A stretch of 64,000 bases of DNA from Felis catus (taxonomy: Eukaryota), in assembly GCF_018350175.1 (NCBI RefSeq), contig NC_058383.1:1054001-1118000 (forward strand), in the 5' to 3' direction. Position numbers and translations under genes: made by a program. Under the pieces are notes generated by a model that ran no database searches, was not told the origin of the DNA, and saw nothing but the letters and a program-made list of their open reading frames with translations. This document shows positions 1 through 12,229 of this stretch, piece after piece. Each line of letters begins with the position of its first letter. The stretch's first letter is position 1.

Positions 1-1059
1 GGTGGCCAAAGGGCCCCACGCTTGCACCCTGGACCGCCGGGGCTCGCGTCCAGAAGAGAACACGAGTGCCCGCGCTCAGGAAGCGGCACGTTAGGACCAC
101 TCTCTCGGTGGTCCAACTTCCCGTCTACATAGATACTAATTTTATATTTCAAACCAAACGTCCTCCTGCCGGTCACAGATGCCGTATTGTTTTCCTAATT
201 AGCCCTCCGTGTGGCGGTGTCCACGGCCACCTTTCCCCCGCAGCAATGACACAGGGCCGTCATCGGTCCCCGGGACAAACCCAGAGGCCTGCCAAGCCTC
301 CCAGGGCCCCAGATACGGGCCACCCTTTACCCCAAGTACAATCCCCGGGCTTCCTTTCATACCGTGGAGACCCAGGAACTTGGGGCAGGAAGACCCCTGC
401 CAGGAAGCACTGCTCCAGAGGCCAGCGCCGGCGCGCCGGACGCCTCGCAGCAGGGGGATGCGCGCTCTGGGCCGAGTCCCCTGTGCCCGCCTATCGGGGT
501 AAATACACCGCATCTGCACATGGCCGTTTCTTTACGTGCCGTCTGTGTGCTTCTGCCCCCCACGGGCAGCCTGAGCAGCGACGGAGACCACAACGCTGGC
601 CCGAAAGGAGAGATCTGCCAAGCCCTGATCTGCCTCAGACCCACTCTCTGGCCAGGTGGGGAAAGGATGGCGACCAAAAACACTGACCGAGAGACCAAAA
701 AATGACCATTTTCATAAAGCGTCAAAGAACTGATGAAACGGGGCATCTGCAGACCCAAACCGAGCGGTACCCAGAAGCTAGTCCCCAGAGACATCGCAGG
801 ACACGGGGGCCACTCTGCCCCGAGGCCACCCGCCGGTGCCCGGAAGTCAGGGGCTTCGGCTCTGGCCGCCTCCCGGGCTGAGGGGACGGGCTCGGAGGCC
901 AGGGCCCTCCCCCACCCCCCCCTCACCCCCACCCCCGGCGAGGTGGAGAGCCCAGCGGCAGAGAGCCATCCTGGGCATCCTCAGCCTCTCCACCGTTCCG
1001 GAGCGCCCTTCTGCCGGAGAGCCCCACACGGCCTCCGCGTGGGCTTCGTGTGCTCGGCG

Positions 1060-1140
1060 CGTGGGAGTGTGCTCTACATGAGTGCTGTGAGTCTGCTATG
1101 CGTGAGTGTGCTCTACAAGTGAGTGTGCTCTGTGCGTGTG
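1060..1140. repeat. Degenerate short tandem repeat (GTGAGTGTGCTCT-like units)
   Basis: GAGTGTGCTCT occurs three times, with partial units between them. Confidence 0.6.
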
Positions 1141-1227
1141 AACGTATAAAATGGCGTCCTCCACCAGCTGCGGAGTGTGAAAGCTAAGATTCCGGTGAAG
1201 AACTTCCAAGTCTCTGTTTTGCTTTGT

Positions 1228-1331
1228 TTTGTTTTTTTTTTAATGAAGCAGGTTCCACGCCCAACGTGCACCTCAACTCAGGACCCTGACTGAGGTCAAG
1301 AGTCGCACACTCTGGGCCAGCCAGGTGCTCC
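1228..1331 (-). mobile_element. Short older carnivore SINE
   Basis: Poly-T tail followed by ...ggtcaagagtcgcacactct...gccagccaggtgctcc. Confidence 0.7.
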
Positions 1332-1484
1332 TAAAGTCTCTGGTTTCTTGAGACATTCTCACCTTTTGAGAGAAGTAAGAGCTAAAAAGATGTGTCTGGT
1401 TTTGTAATAGACCTTTATTGTTTTCTTAAGGGGGAGAGTCTACTTCTGGGGGGGGGGGGCAGGGGGAATGAGATTGTTTTTTAG

Positions 1485-1521
1485 GTTTTTTTTTGAGAGA
1501 GAGCGCAAGTGGGGGAGGGGC

Positions 1522-1554
<33 letters not shown>

Positions 1555-1680
1555 CAGAGGATCTGAAGCGGGCTCTGACCGACAGCAGCGAGCCCAATGT
1601 GGGGCTCAAACTCGACAACCGCAAGATCATGACCTAAGCCAAAGTCAGATTTTCAACCGACTAGGCCACCCAGGCACCCC
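1485..1680 (-). mobile_element. Carnivore SINE (SINEC_Fc-like)
   Basis: (GA)/(GACA) tract and tRNA-derived head ending gccacccaggcacccc. Confidence 0.9.
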
Positions 1681-2836
1681 TGAGAGATTGTTTTTAATCA
1701 TGTACAGACGTTAAATTTCACCCAGTGCTCCGCACGCATGTACTGAGATGAAAACAGCCGCAGACACAGGTCCTTTCTGTTTGTATGGAAACACCCAAGC
1801 CGAGATCCGGCCTGTGCCAGGTTGCCCTCTGGTGCCAATCCAATTGCCGTTCGCCTCTTACTGCAAATGGGAGGAAGTCGGCGAGAGACACTCCCTACTT
1901 CCAAGGTCACAACTCGTCCATCATTGGGTTTTCTCACATTCTGTGTGATTTTTCCACCCCAACAGCTACCGCTGGCTGTAAACCCAGACGCTAAGCGACA
2001 CGGTGACTTAACCATGGCTCTGTCTCAAACACGTACAATTTGACACACCTGCTGTTGTTTTACTGCAAGTTATACGTGAGAAAAGCCAGTGCAGGTAACG
2101 ACAAAGAGGAGGCCATCGTCCTAAAGCCGTCTAAACTCTACCCCAACCCCCATAATAAAAAAAAAAGAAAAGATCATCTTGCCTGATTCACCTTCCTTTA
2201 TAAAACTGAAGAATTCTTGCCACAAATTATTAGAATCGGTTGAAAAAAATACATAACCATGAACGCTCCTATGACCTACTATATACGAAAACACCTAAGT
2301 TAATTCAACGTTAAAATAAAACTTCTTCCCATAGCAACACAAAAACCAGTGTTTAATACCTACTTGCTCAACAAGTTCACGTCCCAGTTTGATCCCCATG
2401 AGCTGCCGCTGGGTTTGACTGGTTACGGAACAGTCAGGTGAAGGCTCACCATGCAGAGTGTGAGGACATAGTGGGTAGAAGAAAACGAAAAGCTTGGTCA
2501 GGCCAGAAAGGTCAGTTTCTGAAAGGAAGGGGGGACAGCCAGCCTCTGCCCGGACGGAGAAGAGGGCATACCGTGTGCCCGGGCGGAGACGGTCAGAGCG
2601 GGCCCAGGAGGCCTGGGAGTGTCCTCTGCGGGGGCCCAGACTCCATTCCTGAGTTGTAGTTTGTGTATTTTGATATCGTGTGACAGGGAAAGACAGACCG
2701 ATGGGATCTGCCCCGTGCTTGCCACAGGGACCCTACCCAGGTCACTTGCTCCTGGCGAGACACGCAAATCTCCTAGGAGAGAAGCATGATCGTCTGAATG
2801 ACATAAAAACAACCTCAAAAAAGCACAAAAGACTTT

Positions 2837-3061
2837 CCTTTTTTTTTTTTTAATATTTTAACGTTTATTCATTTTTTTGATAGAGAGAGACAGAATGTGA
2901 GCGGGGGAAGGGCAGAGAGAGAGGGAGACACAGAATCTGAAGCAGGCTCCAGGCTCTGGACTGACAGCACAGAGCCCGAGTGGGACTCGAACTCACGCAC
3001 CGTGAGATCATGACCTGAGCTGAAGTCGGACGCTTAACCGACTGAGCCACCCGGGCGCCCC
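2837..3061 (-). mobile_element. SINEC_Fc with target-site duplication
   Basis: Full-length element; TSD aaaagacttt at 2827-2836 and 3062-3071. Confidence 0.93.
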
Positions 3062-3899
3062 AAAAGACTTTTCATGAAACGTGGAAGCTGATTCCAAACC
3101 TCGTACAAATAAGAAACTAGGTGAAAACATCCAAAAACAGGGTCCACATGACAACTGGAGGTACTTACTCTACTCAATATTAAAACACGCCTATAAAACC
3201 TGAAGAAGGGAGCAGCGCGGTGACAAGCAAGTTAAATATAACACGTTTATGGACTGCTGTGCAGCCCAGCTGAGAGGAAAATACAGAAGAGAAAATGCTC
3301 GTAAGTGACAGTGGGAGGGAGAAGGCGGCCATTATCTCTGGGATGAGGACTGACATCTGCCTGCACGCACGGAGAATGTCGTCATCAAAGTCAAACTGGG
3401 ACAAAGCATGTGTAAAACGTGCACAAAAAGGCAACCAAAGCACCGGGAAAAGAGGAGAAAGATGTGGTGAGGACACTCACAGGACAAAGACGCTCCATAA
3501 GTGACTGAAAAACGTCTCAGTCCCACTGCTGACCAGGACAACACCAATAAAACGGGCTGCAGAAGGGCACACAGGGGAGGCAGACGCCAGCGCCGGCCTC
3601 GGGCCCGGACGTCTCTCCCCTGGCACTGGCCACACGCCGTCCCCCCGCCGCTCCGGCCCCTGGGGGCCCAGAGAAGAGGTCGCACACGTGCACAACGGCA
3701 CTCCGGTGCCGGGCAGGCGCATCCACGTGGGAAACGAGGTTAACTGACCGTTAAGAGGGCGGCCGTGAGACATGCCACCGCCCCACCCGGGGAAATCCTA
3801 ACATTTCGGAAGATCCACGAAGATCCACACTTGCGGACTTGGAAGCATCTCCGGACACACCCCTGACGACGTGTTAACAGAAAGTACAACCCAAGTACA

Positions 3900-4780
3900 A
3901 CCGTACAAGAAAAACAGGTAAGTCAGACTTTATCAGAAGTCAGAACTCCTGCTCTTCAAAAGCCACTGCTGGCAAATGAGAAGGGGACCCACGGATCAGG
4001 AGAGAATGCGCTTCCAAACGGAAATCGGATAAAACACCTACATCTTAAATAGGTAACAAACTCTCAACACTCCACCGTAAGAAAACCCGCCACTAAGAGC
4101 GGGAAGAGAGCTGTGCGAGCACTTCACCAACGGGACCTTACGCACAGAAACAAGGCTTGCCAGATGCTCACGCCCGTCAGCGACCGGGGCAGAAACTACG
4201 AGAAATTATTTCAATGCGGGTGGTTTCCCCCACGTCAGTTACGCCTCAAGCAGCTGCTTGTGAAAACCACGTTCCCGAGAGCGGCCAAAACAAAAAATAC
4301 CGACAACAACAAGTGCTGACAAACACACAGAGCACCAGCGCCCCGCGTGCCGGCGTGGAAGACGGCCTGGCAGCTCCTCGCACACGTAAACACACGGGGT
4401 GCCCGGTGGCTCAGGTGGCTGAGCGACCGACTCTTGATTTTGGCACCAGTCAGGCCATCAGGGTTGCGAGATCAAGACCTGTGCGGGGCCCAGTGCTGAG
4501 CGTGGCGCCTGCTTAAGATTCTCTCTCCCGTTCTCTCTGCCCCTCCCCCCACTCACGCTCTCTTAAAAAAAAAATAAAAAAGTAAACATACACTTACACT
4601 GTGGTCCATCTGAGTCCTGAGAATTTACCCAAGAGAAAGGAAAACAGAAAACCTCGCATACAGTCACAGCATACTCCCCATAGCCCCAAAGTGGAAACGA
4701 GCTAAAAGTCCAAAGACCAGGGAACGGAGAAACAAACACGTGGGACGTGCAGTGGGTGAGACATTACTGGGCAGTGAAAA
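3900..4780 (+). mobile_element. Old L1 3' fragment interrupted by a SINE (about 4396-4582)
   Basis: L1-like phrases (gactttatcagaagtcagaactcctgctcttcaaaag; gaatttacccaagagaa; atagccccaaagtggaaac). SINE flanked by gtaaacacac and gtaaacatac. Confidence 0.7.
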
Positions 4781-7700
4781 GGAAAGCCCTCAGGAGGCAG
4801 CAGAGGTCACCATGACAGGACGAGGGGGACTTCGGTCCCCTACACCTCACCGGGAGCCTCGGGGCTATCAGGGAATTTCTCTGGGTCCCTTTTCTCCAAC
4901 TCCCCCAGCCCTGCACGGCCATCACTTTATAACTAACTGGCTGACAAGTCCACGTTCAGTAGTCACAAAGGAGAAAACAAAGACAACGCAACAGGGGAAT
5001 TCAGGCTCCCGGGGAGCTGCCTGTAAAGATTGGCAACCCCTCAGCTGCTACTTTCACAACCAAAACTCCACTGCCAGACCCGCGTATTTCTTGAGGCAAA
5101 ACACCATTAGGAAGTACTTTGGTTCTGAGCAAATTCTCAAGGCCGCGAAGTTCACAACCTCGCGTGACGGTTTTCGGAAGCGTTCGCCGGCTTGACACCC
5201 ACGTAATTCCTATCCCGATTTCAAGATCACAAACGAAGAGAAGAGGGTGGTCCCGTATGGAGCAGGTGTCTCCCTTCCAGACAGGCGACACTCCACTCCA
5301 CGGCCGCTGAGGGTGTGGTGGTGCGGGGCCCAGCCTCTCTCAGCCCCGCTGTCACCCGCCACGCTCCAGTCGGGCCCGTGAAAACACACAGAGCACGCGG
5401 GGTGGCACGGGGAACTGGGGAGCCACCCAGCTTATGCACGGCATGTCACATTCTGCAAGAAGAAAAGTACTTGCTATTGCCACCGTGCCCTCTGGGCTCC
5501 AGGAACCCATTCACTCCCAGCGTGGGGTGGTCTGCCGGACAAATCCGGGGTCCTTCTCCCGACACAACACCCGCGTTGACAGCAGTGCAGAAATGGGTGC
5601 CCCAAAGGAGCCGCGTTATTCCTTAGACGGTGCTGGGCCTCGCCGCCCCCGCACGCGGCTGAGCCGCCCGCTGGCCGGCAGCCCTCAGCCCAGTTACACT
5701 GAGGAGTCAGGCCAGGCACCCCGTGGGTCCCTGTCTTCCTTGGGTGCTCCGAAAGGGAAGCAGACACAGGAGGCCCAAGTGGGAGTCCCTCCTCTGCCCC
5801 AGCCAGCTGAGAGCTGAGCGACTGGGCAAGCGGCCGCCTCTCCGGTCAACTCGTGTGTGAGACCAGGACGGGCCACACCCGGGGCCACTGGGCCTGAGGA
5901 CTCCACTGTGATCAGGACGGTCTCGGGCAAACGCAGGGGTTCTCACCCAAGAGACGGGGGAGGAGGGCCCTACTCACTGCCAGCCACGCCTCTGCCTCCA
6001 GGCAACCAAGGGCCTGGGCACCGCAGCGCCCCTGCCGGGTGCCCACCGAGGCTTGCAGGGGCCTGACTGGCCCGTGAGTGGGGCAGCCGCGTGATGTCTC
6101 CCTGTCGTGGGGCTCGCTGTCCGGGACAAAACCGAACGGTGGACTATCTCCTCGGCGGTGGTGGGGAGACCCTCGGGAGCAACCCCTGGGCTTCTGCCCC
6201 TTCCACTCCCAACTGATGACTGATGACGGGTCGGCAACCTCTCGGGACACACCTGCTGTCTAAGATTTAACCCTCGCCACCCTCTCAAAGGAAGGGGCCC
6301 AGCAGCTTGAAGGCGGGCCTGTACGGCCCGACGCCCAGGCTCGCGGGAGGGTTTCAAGAAGCCGTGAAGCAGGCAGAGACTCCCTGGTGCAGAGGACGGG
6401 TCCATGGACCCTGACTTCCCGCGTCCCTCACGCAGCAGGACGGCGGGAGAGGGCGTGGTGTGGGCGGCAGGTCTCCAGTGAGGCCCGCGGCCGGCCGGCC
6501 GGCCAGAACCATATCCAGGGCGCTGAGGGAGGCACTAGCAGGGCTCGGCCCGTGCCGGGGGCGTCACAGACACCCTCTCCCGGCCTCGGGCGGCGAGGGC
6601 CTCAGGTTAACTAACGGGCTGGTGAGATGCGCAAAGAAGGGAGGTTCTGAGCGCCCGGGGCCGCACAAACGGCTTCCTACGTTCCGGAGCGCACAAAAGA
6701 GGGCCAGAGAGGAGTCCGCTGGGTGTGCCAAGGCTCCCCTCCCAGCAGGAAGCGCGGCTCTGAGGAGGCTGCCCCGGGGCCACGGAGGGCCAGCCCTGGG
6801 GAAACTTTGGCCCTCCTGGCGCTGGCTCAGGGCGCTTGTGCTGTGGGAAGTGGCCACATGGGCTCCCACGGGCCCATCCAGACAGCCGGTCCCGGGAGGA
6901 CGGCACACTGGTCCAAGTGGGGACAGAGGCTTCTCTGTTCCTCATGCGGATGGATTCTGGGGCTTGATCCTGCAGCCAGGGCAGGGCGGGGAGGGGGGGG
7001 GCGGGGGAGGACAGCACAGTACTTTTCCACGAGCTCCCAGGGGAATGGGATGTGCTCTCCAGGCCTGGTCCACCCGCCCGCCTCAAAATTAGGTGCAGTG
7101 TTCCATGTGCTTTCCTTAAAAATGAGCCTGACGTGGCTTTTCCATAATTTCCCACGAAAAGCAGAGTGAAGAAATCCTCTTATTAGCGCAGCCCAAGTGT
7201 GTCCGCCTGGAAGAGCCCCTCCCTGGGAGACCGGCCCGGCAATGTAAGAAGGGGTCTTTGGGACACAAGCCCACAAGTGCCGCACCTCAGAGAACTCCCC
7301 CTACGAGTGCTCCCGCCCAGTAACCGCGCTGGGCCGGAGCTCCTCCCGGGAGAGGACCCCGGGCCGCCTGCAGGCGGAGGGGCGGCGACCCCTGGTGGCC
7401 GGGCCCCGCATTCCCATGCACCGCTTCCTGCTCCTCAGCCGGGCCAGCCTGCCACCAGGTCAACACCCCAGGGACCGAAAACCAAGCGGAAGTGCACGGG
7501 ACTCTAGCAGCAACTCTGTCCACTACGCCACAGACCCCGACAAAACTGTAGGCCTCAAAAGAGAAACCAGAAGCTTCTCTTCCGTCTTCCAAATCTACTT
7601 TAACCAACGTGTGCTTTCATAACAAAAAACAATCACACACTTTTAAAAATGACCTGAACTCAGCAGAAAGAAGGTCCCCCCGAGGTTAGGCAGAAATCCC

Positions 7701-7860
7701 AACCTGTGTGCACGGCTACTGTCAACCTGCCCTGTTCTGCGGGGCCTGCCCCGGGCTAGCAGCCGGAAAGCAGGCCACTCCGAAAGGAAAACTGCAAGTT
7801 TTAAACAAAACTTAAAATCACCAAGGTGATAGAATGGAGTTTAAAAAAAAAAACGGAGGA

Positions 7861-8022
7861 GGGGCACCTGGGTAGCTCAGGTCACGATCGCGCGGTCTGT
7901 GAGTTCGAGCCCCGCGTCGGGCTCTGTGCCGACAGCTGGGAGCCTGGAGCCTGCTTCGGGTTCTGGGTCTCCTTCTCTCTCTGCCCCTCCCCTACCTGTG
8001 CTCTATCTCTATCAAAAATAAA
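7861..8022 (+). mobile_element. SINEC_Fc with an internal deletion in the head
   Basis: ggggcacctgggtagctcaggtcacgatc... followed by a CT tract and aaaataaa. Confidence 0.88.
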
Positions 8023-8995
8023 TCGCCAGGGACTAGGCGGGGGCCTGGGAGCCAGCTGGCAAAAGCACAGAGATGCCTCGGTGGATGGAGGCCTCAAGTG
8101 ACCCGGACCAGTGAGTCATCGGACTGGGTGCACACCCCCTGAGGGACACAGAGACTCGCCCAGGCGTCTACAGCACGGGTGGTCTCAGGAGCGCGCTCCC
8201 AGGGCCCTAACGCCATGCGCGCTCCATGTGTACTCGCGCCGAAACTGCTCAGAGAAAAGGCCAGAATGGCCTGCGGTCAGGAGTTGGCGTTGTCATGAGG
8301 GCCCTCCTCTCTTCCTCCCCTGCACCACGGTCCTTTCCCCATCTTATGAGAGAAAAGCCACCTGTCACCCTGAAACCTGCTGGGGACGTTTCTGAGGGCA
8401 GAAGAGCCCACAGGGCTCTCGTAAGTGGAGGCAGGTCTGAATCACGGGTGCCACAAACAACAACAGCGACTGGCCAGAGACGCATCCCCGACCGAGTCAG
8501 ACGGTTTCCAGTTCTTCCTCCACAAGGACTGGAGAAGGACCTCGCCAAGTTGTCATCCAATGGCCGATCTCTAACAACACATTGGGACCAAACGTGCCCC
8601 CAAATCACAGGAACAGTCTCCGACTTTAAGGAATTAAGCGATGCTGCCCAGACAACGCTTCCACCCGCGTTCACCGGTGTGATCGAGCTTCTCGGTGCTT
8701 CCAGGCAGGCGTGGACCCACAGGAAATCCCGTCCCCTCCGAAGACAGCAGCGCCCGCCCACAGATGCACGCGTCACCACGGGATACGCGCCCAATCACGT
8801 TCTACTTCATGTGTAATCTAGGAGAATTTGTGACACCCTGTACTGTTTCCATCAACCGCATACTAGAAATTGTAAAGACAGCCCAATCAAGAAAAGCGTT
8901 AACGCTCAGACCAGGAACCAAATTTAAGTGCACGTATTTTTGTAACAGACTTCTGTCCCATTCAATATGAGCATTTGTATGTTGTGACTGAATTC

Positions 8996-9228
8996 TTTTT
9001 TAATGTTTATTTTTACTTATTTTTGAGAGAGAGCGTGAGCGAGCATGCGTGTGCAAGGTGGGGGGGGGGGCGGTGGGCGCGGTGGAGCAGAGACAGAGGG
9101 ACAGAGAAAATCCCAAGCAGGCTTTGCACTGTCAGCCGAGCCTGACGTGGAGCTTGAACTCCCAAACTGTGAGATCATGACCGGAGCCAAAGTCAGACAC
9201 TCAAGTGACTGAGCCCCCCAGACGCCCC
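8996..9228 (-). mobile_element. Carnivore SINE
   Basis: Full body; ctgaattc on both flanks. Confidence 0.9.
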
Positions 9229-9551
9229 AAGATCTGAATTCCTCAGGACAGACTCCCGGCCATGCTCCACGCGTCACTGCGTGCACGGCACTCCACCCAT
9301 TCCCGAGAGCGCAGCCCGTGCTGTCCCGCCGCCTCCCGTCTCAGACACAAGTGCCCCCGACAGCACGGCACCCCAACGGCGGTCGGTGGACGCTGTGCCC
9401 GAGGAAAGGCGGTCGTGGTGTTCGAACCTGAAGTGCACCACCCTCTTACTTGTCTTACAGCCGCTCCCAGAAGCCCCGCAGCGCGAAGGCTTGTAACCCA
9501 CCCCGCCCTCGCTGCGCCCTCCCTCTGGACTGGGACCCCACGTGCGCCCAC

Positions 9552-9674
9552 CTCGGCGTGCGCTTCCCCGGTGCCCGGTGTGGCCGCGGGTGGCATCTCC
9601 TTCGCTGACGCCTTCTTCAGTTTTTTGTTCTTTTTCTCTGTCATTTCGGTAATTTTTCTCTTCCGTTTTGCCAT
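9552..9674 (-). CDS. C7orf50: C7orf50 (cholesin) first coding exon; the remaining coding exons lie left of the window
   Basis: Translates MAKRKRKITEMTEKKNKKLKKASAKEMPPAATPGTGEAHAE, matching the recalled human N-terminus MAKQKRKVPEVTEKKNKKLKKASAE. Acceptor ttctctgctgcAG|G ATG (exon starts at 9675), phase-0 donor GAG|GTGGGC at 9551. Syntenic with ZFAND2A. Confidence 0.93.
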
Positions 9675-9785
9675 CCTGCAGCAGAGAAGGTAAACTGCTA
9701 AGTGCGTGACGAGAGGTCCTGGGCCACGTCACTTTTGTGACCGAGGGGAAGAGCGCTCTCCCGCTATAAAAGTCCAAACAAAGGC

Positions 9786-9970
9786 AGGGGCGCCTGGGGG
9801 GGGGGCTCAGTGGGTTGAGCACCTGGCTCAGGTCACAATCTGGCGGTTCGGGAGTTCAAGCCCCACTCAGGCTCTGGGCTGACAGCGCGGAGGCTGCTTG
9901 GGATTCTCTGTCTCCCTCTAACCCTGCCCCTCTCCTCTGCTCTCTCTCAAAATAAGCAAAATTTAAAAGA
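9786..9970 (+). mobile_element. Carnivore SINE about 110 nt upstream of the C7orf50 exon-2 acceptor
   Basis: ggggcgcctggg...ctcagtgggttgagc head, CT tract, A-rich tail. Confidence 0.88.
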
Positions 9971-10684
9971 AAGAAAATATGGAAAATCTACACGAGTTAG
10001 GGGAAAGGTCAAATCCCCTAGGCAAACCGCCCACGATCTGGGGATGTTGCAGGCGACTGTCGCCGCCGTGGCTAGGGCATTCGGTCACGGTGATGGGCCC
10101 GGGCCGGGCCCCTCGACTTGTGGAAGCAGCACCACCCGGGCCGCATATAAGGCAGGACACGGTGTGAGAGGCGTCTGACAGGTGTGCTTTCTCCAGCACA
10201 GTGGTGTGCAGAGCTCCAGGAAAAGCCCGGGAACCCTAAAACCCACGTCCTTCGTGGGATCGCGCCACAGGGAACAGAAATGGTTGAAGGCCGACAGGTC
10301 AGGGAGAGCCCTCCCCTGAGGGGCACTGCCGGTGGCTGCTGGAACCTCCGAGAGGTTTCCTGCAAGGGGGCATGTGGGAGGGGAGACCTCGGAGTGTTTT
10401 TTAACGCCAGTCCTTTCAAACTGTATTTACAAGGTCTACTAATATCAGCTTTCGTTCTAACAAACTATAAAAATGTATTTCGTTTTTTCATGCTCAACTA
10501 ACTCCCAGTTAACATTCTCCATGTTCCAGATTTTACAGGCACATGTAAATTATACACGTACATATTGTATACTTATGTCTACGTCTTTTTAAAAATTTAC
10601 CTTCAGACCTGCGGTTCAAGGCTGTGTATACGGGAAAAGGGACAGAAACCCAATGTTGTTCTCTGAACACCAGCTCTAGCAACA

Positions 10685-10870
10685 GAAGTTCAACAAATAC
10701 TTTGTGAGCGCCAACTCTGTGCCAGGCACTGTGCGGGGTGGCAAACACAGAGCGAACTGCATGGCACGCAAGAGCCTTGACCTCGTGAAGCTTCCCTTGT
10801 GGTGGGCAAGAGAGATCTATCGTCCAGGTGAGAAAATACTTTTACGTGAGGATGAATGCTACCGAGAAGG
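10685..10870 (-). mobile_element. L2 3' end
   Basis: ttcaacaaatactttgtgagcgccaactctgtgccaggcactgtgc matches the L2 terminus. Confidence 0.7.
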
Positions 10871-10941
10871 TAGAACAGAAGCGAGCGCAGGTGACATAGG
10901 GGCAGGAGGCCTCTGGGAGAAAGCCGGTGAAGGGCAGGGCT

Positions 10942-11001
10942 GGGGAGGGGGAGGGGGAGGGGGAGGGGGAGGGGAAGGGGGAGGGGGAGGCGGGGGAGGG
11001 G
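10942..11001 (+). repeat. (GGGGGA)n purine tract, G-quadruplex-forming motif
   Basis: About ten G4-5 runs with 1-4 nt spacers. Confidence 0.85.
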
Positions 11002-12229
11002 AGTGGTGCGTGCGGATGAAGAAGGTACGGCAGGTGCAAAGGTGCAAAAGCCGGGCCTCCGGACCCCCCCTAAAGGGCCTGTGGGCAGGGACGGCAGATG
11101 GAGGGCGATGGCCCCCTGAAGGCGAGCAAAGGCTGGATGCGTTCTGAGAACGTGGGCTCCCCAGGAACACGCTACTGAGATGTAGATTTCCCCCAAAGCA
11201 AAACCGTTTTCACGGGGACAAAAGGGGAAAATTACGTCAAGGGGGCAGCTGGTGGAATGAAACACGCACACCCCGCCACCAAGCAATCCACCCACGTACA
11301 TCAGCACTTGCCAGTCACTCTGTCACCACCCGCAGAGTGCCGACCATGTGCTAGGAGCTGCTCCAGGCTAGACCTCTCAGTCCAAGAGACTTATTCACAC
11401 ACAGGTGACACGCTTATGGGGGACACAAACACAGGACACGTGAGACATAACTGTAACCTGCAACCGAACAGAGAGGGAAAGCATTACAGGAAAGGTGACC
11501 ATAAAGGGTGATCACAGTGGAAAAGGCGTAGAAACAGAGTACACGGAGAGCCCAGATTTGGGTTCTCAACACCATCCTCTATGAAAAAGGAAGCGGGGAG
11601 GGGAGCTCCTTAGACTCCCGGTCTGGGAACCTTTGCAGAGCAAGGAAAGTGCAAGGAGAACCTGGGTTATCAAGCTGTGCTGAAACGCAGGAGATAGTCA
11701 AGGAACATAGGGCCACGTTCCAGCGGACACAGAGCCAGCATGGAGGGCTCCTTCTGCCCCAGTTGGGGCTACGATCAGCTATAGCATATTGAAAGAGTAT
11801 CACTGTTGTGGAATCAGAAAAATTCCAAGCTCCACAGTCTTTAATTAAGCTTTACCTAAAAAAAAAGTATTCAAAGCCAGAGGCTACAAATTTCAATTAG
11901 CAGTATAATAAGAAATCGTGAAAGAACAAGAGACTGTTGACACAGGGGCTTTGAAAAGACAAAGGACTCCATCAGCCAATTACCTTGTTGGGGAAATAAG
12001 AAAAGTTTAGCAAATATTTACACACCAGTCACCACAAAAGTTAAGTTAAATCTTTATTCCTTCTGTAAGCTATCATTAAAAAGTGTAATCACTAAGTCTA
12101 TTTGCTAAAAAGGGAGAAAGACTTTTCCATATTATAAAAAGGTTTCTTTTAATAGTTCTGAGAGATGGTATGTCTCATGACTTTGAGACAACAGATGCTT
12201 GGTATAGAAGACATTTCCTTACATGCACG

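Noticed and set aside
2837..3061. tRNA genes suggested by A/B-box-like sequences here and in other copies
   Set aside because: They are tRNA-derived SINE heads followed by CT tracts, poly-A tails and TSDs.
1..9000. GPER1 or GPR146 nested in the C7orf50 intron
   Set aside because: No ORF here has a seven-transmembrane pattern; these genes should lie further left, outside the window.
9243..9551. The 143-aa ORF continuing past MAKRKRK...HAE
   Set aside because: Similarity to C7orf50 ends at a good GT donor (9551); the remainder is intron read-through.
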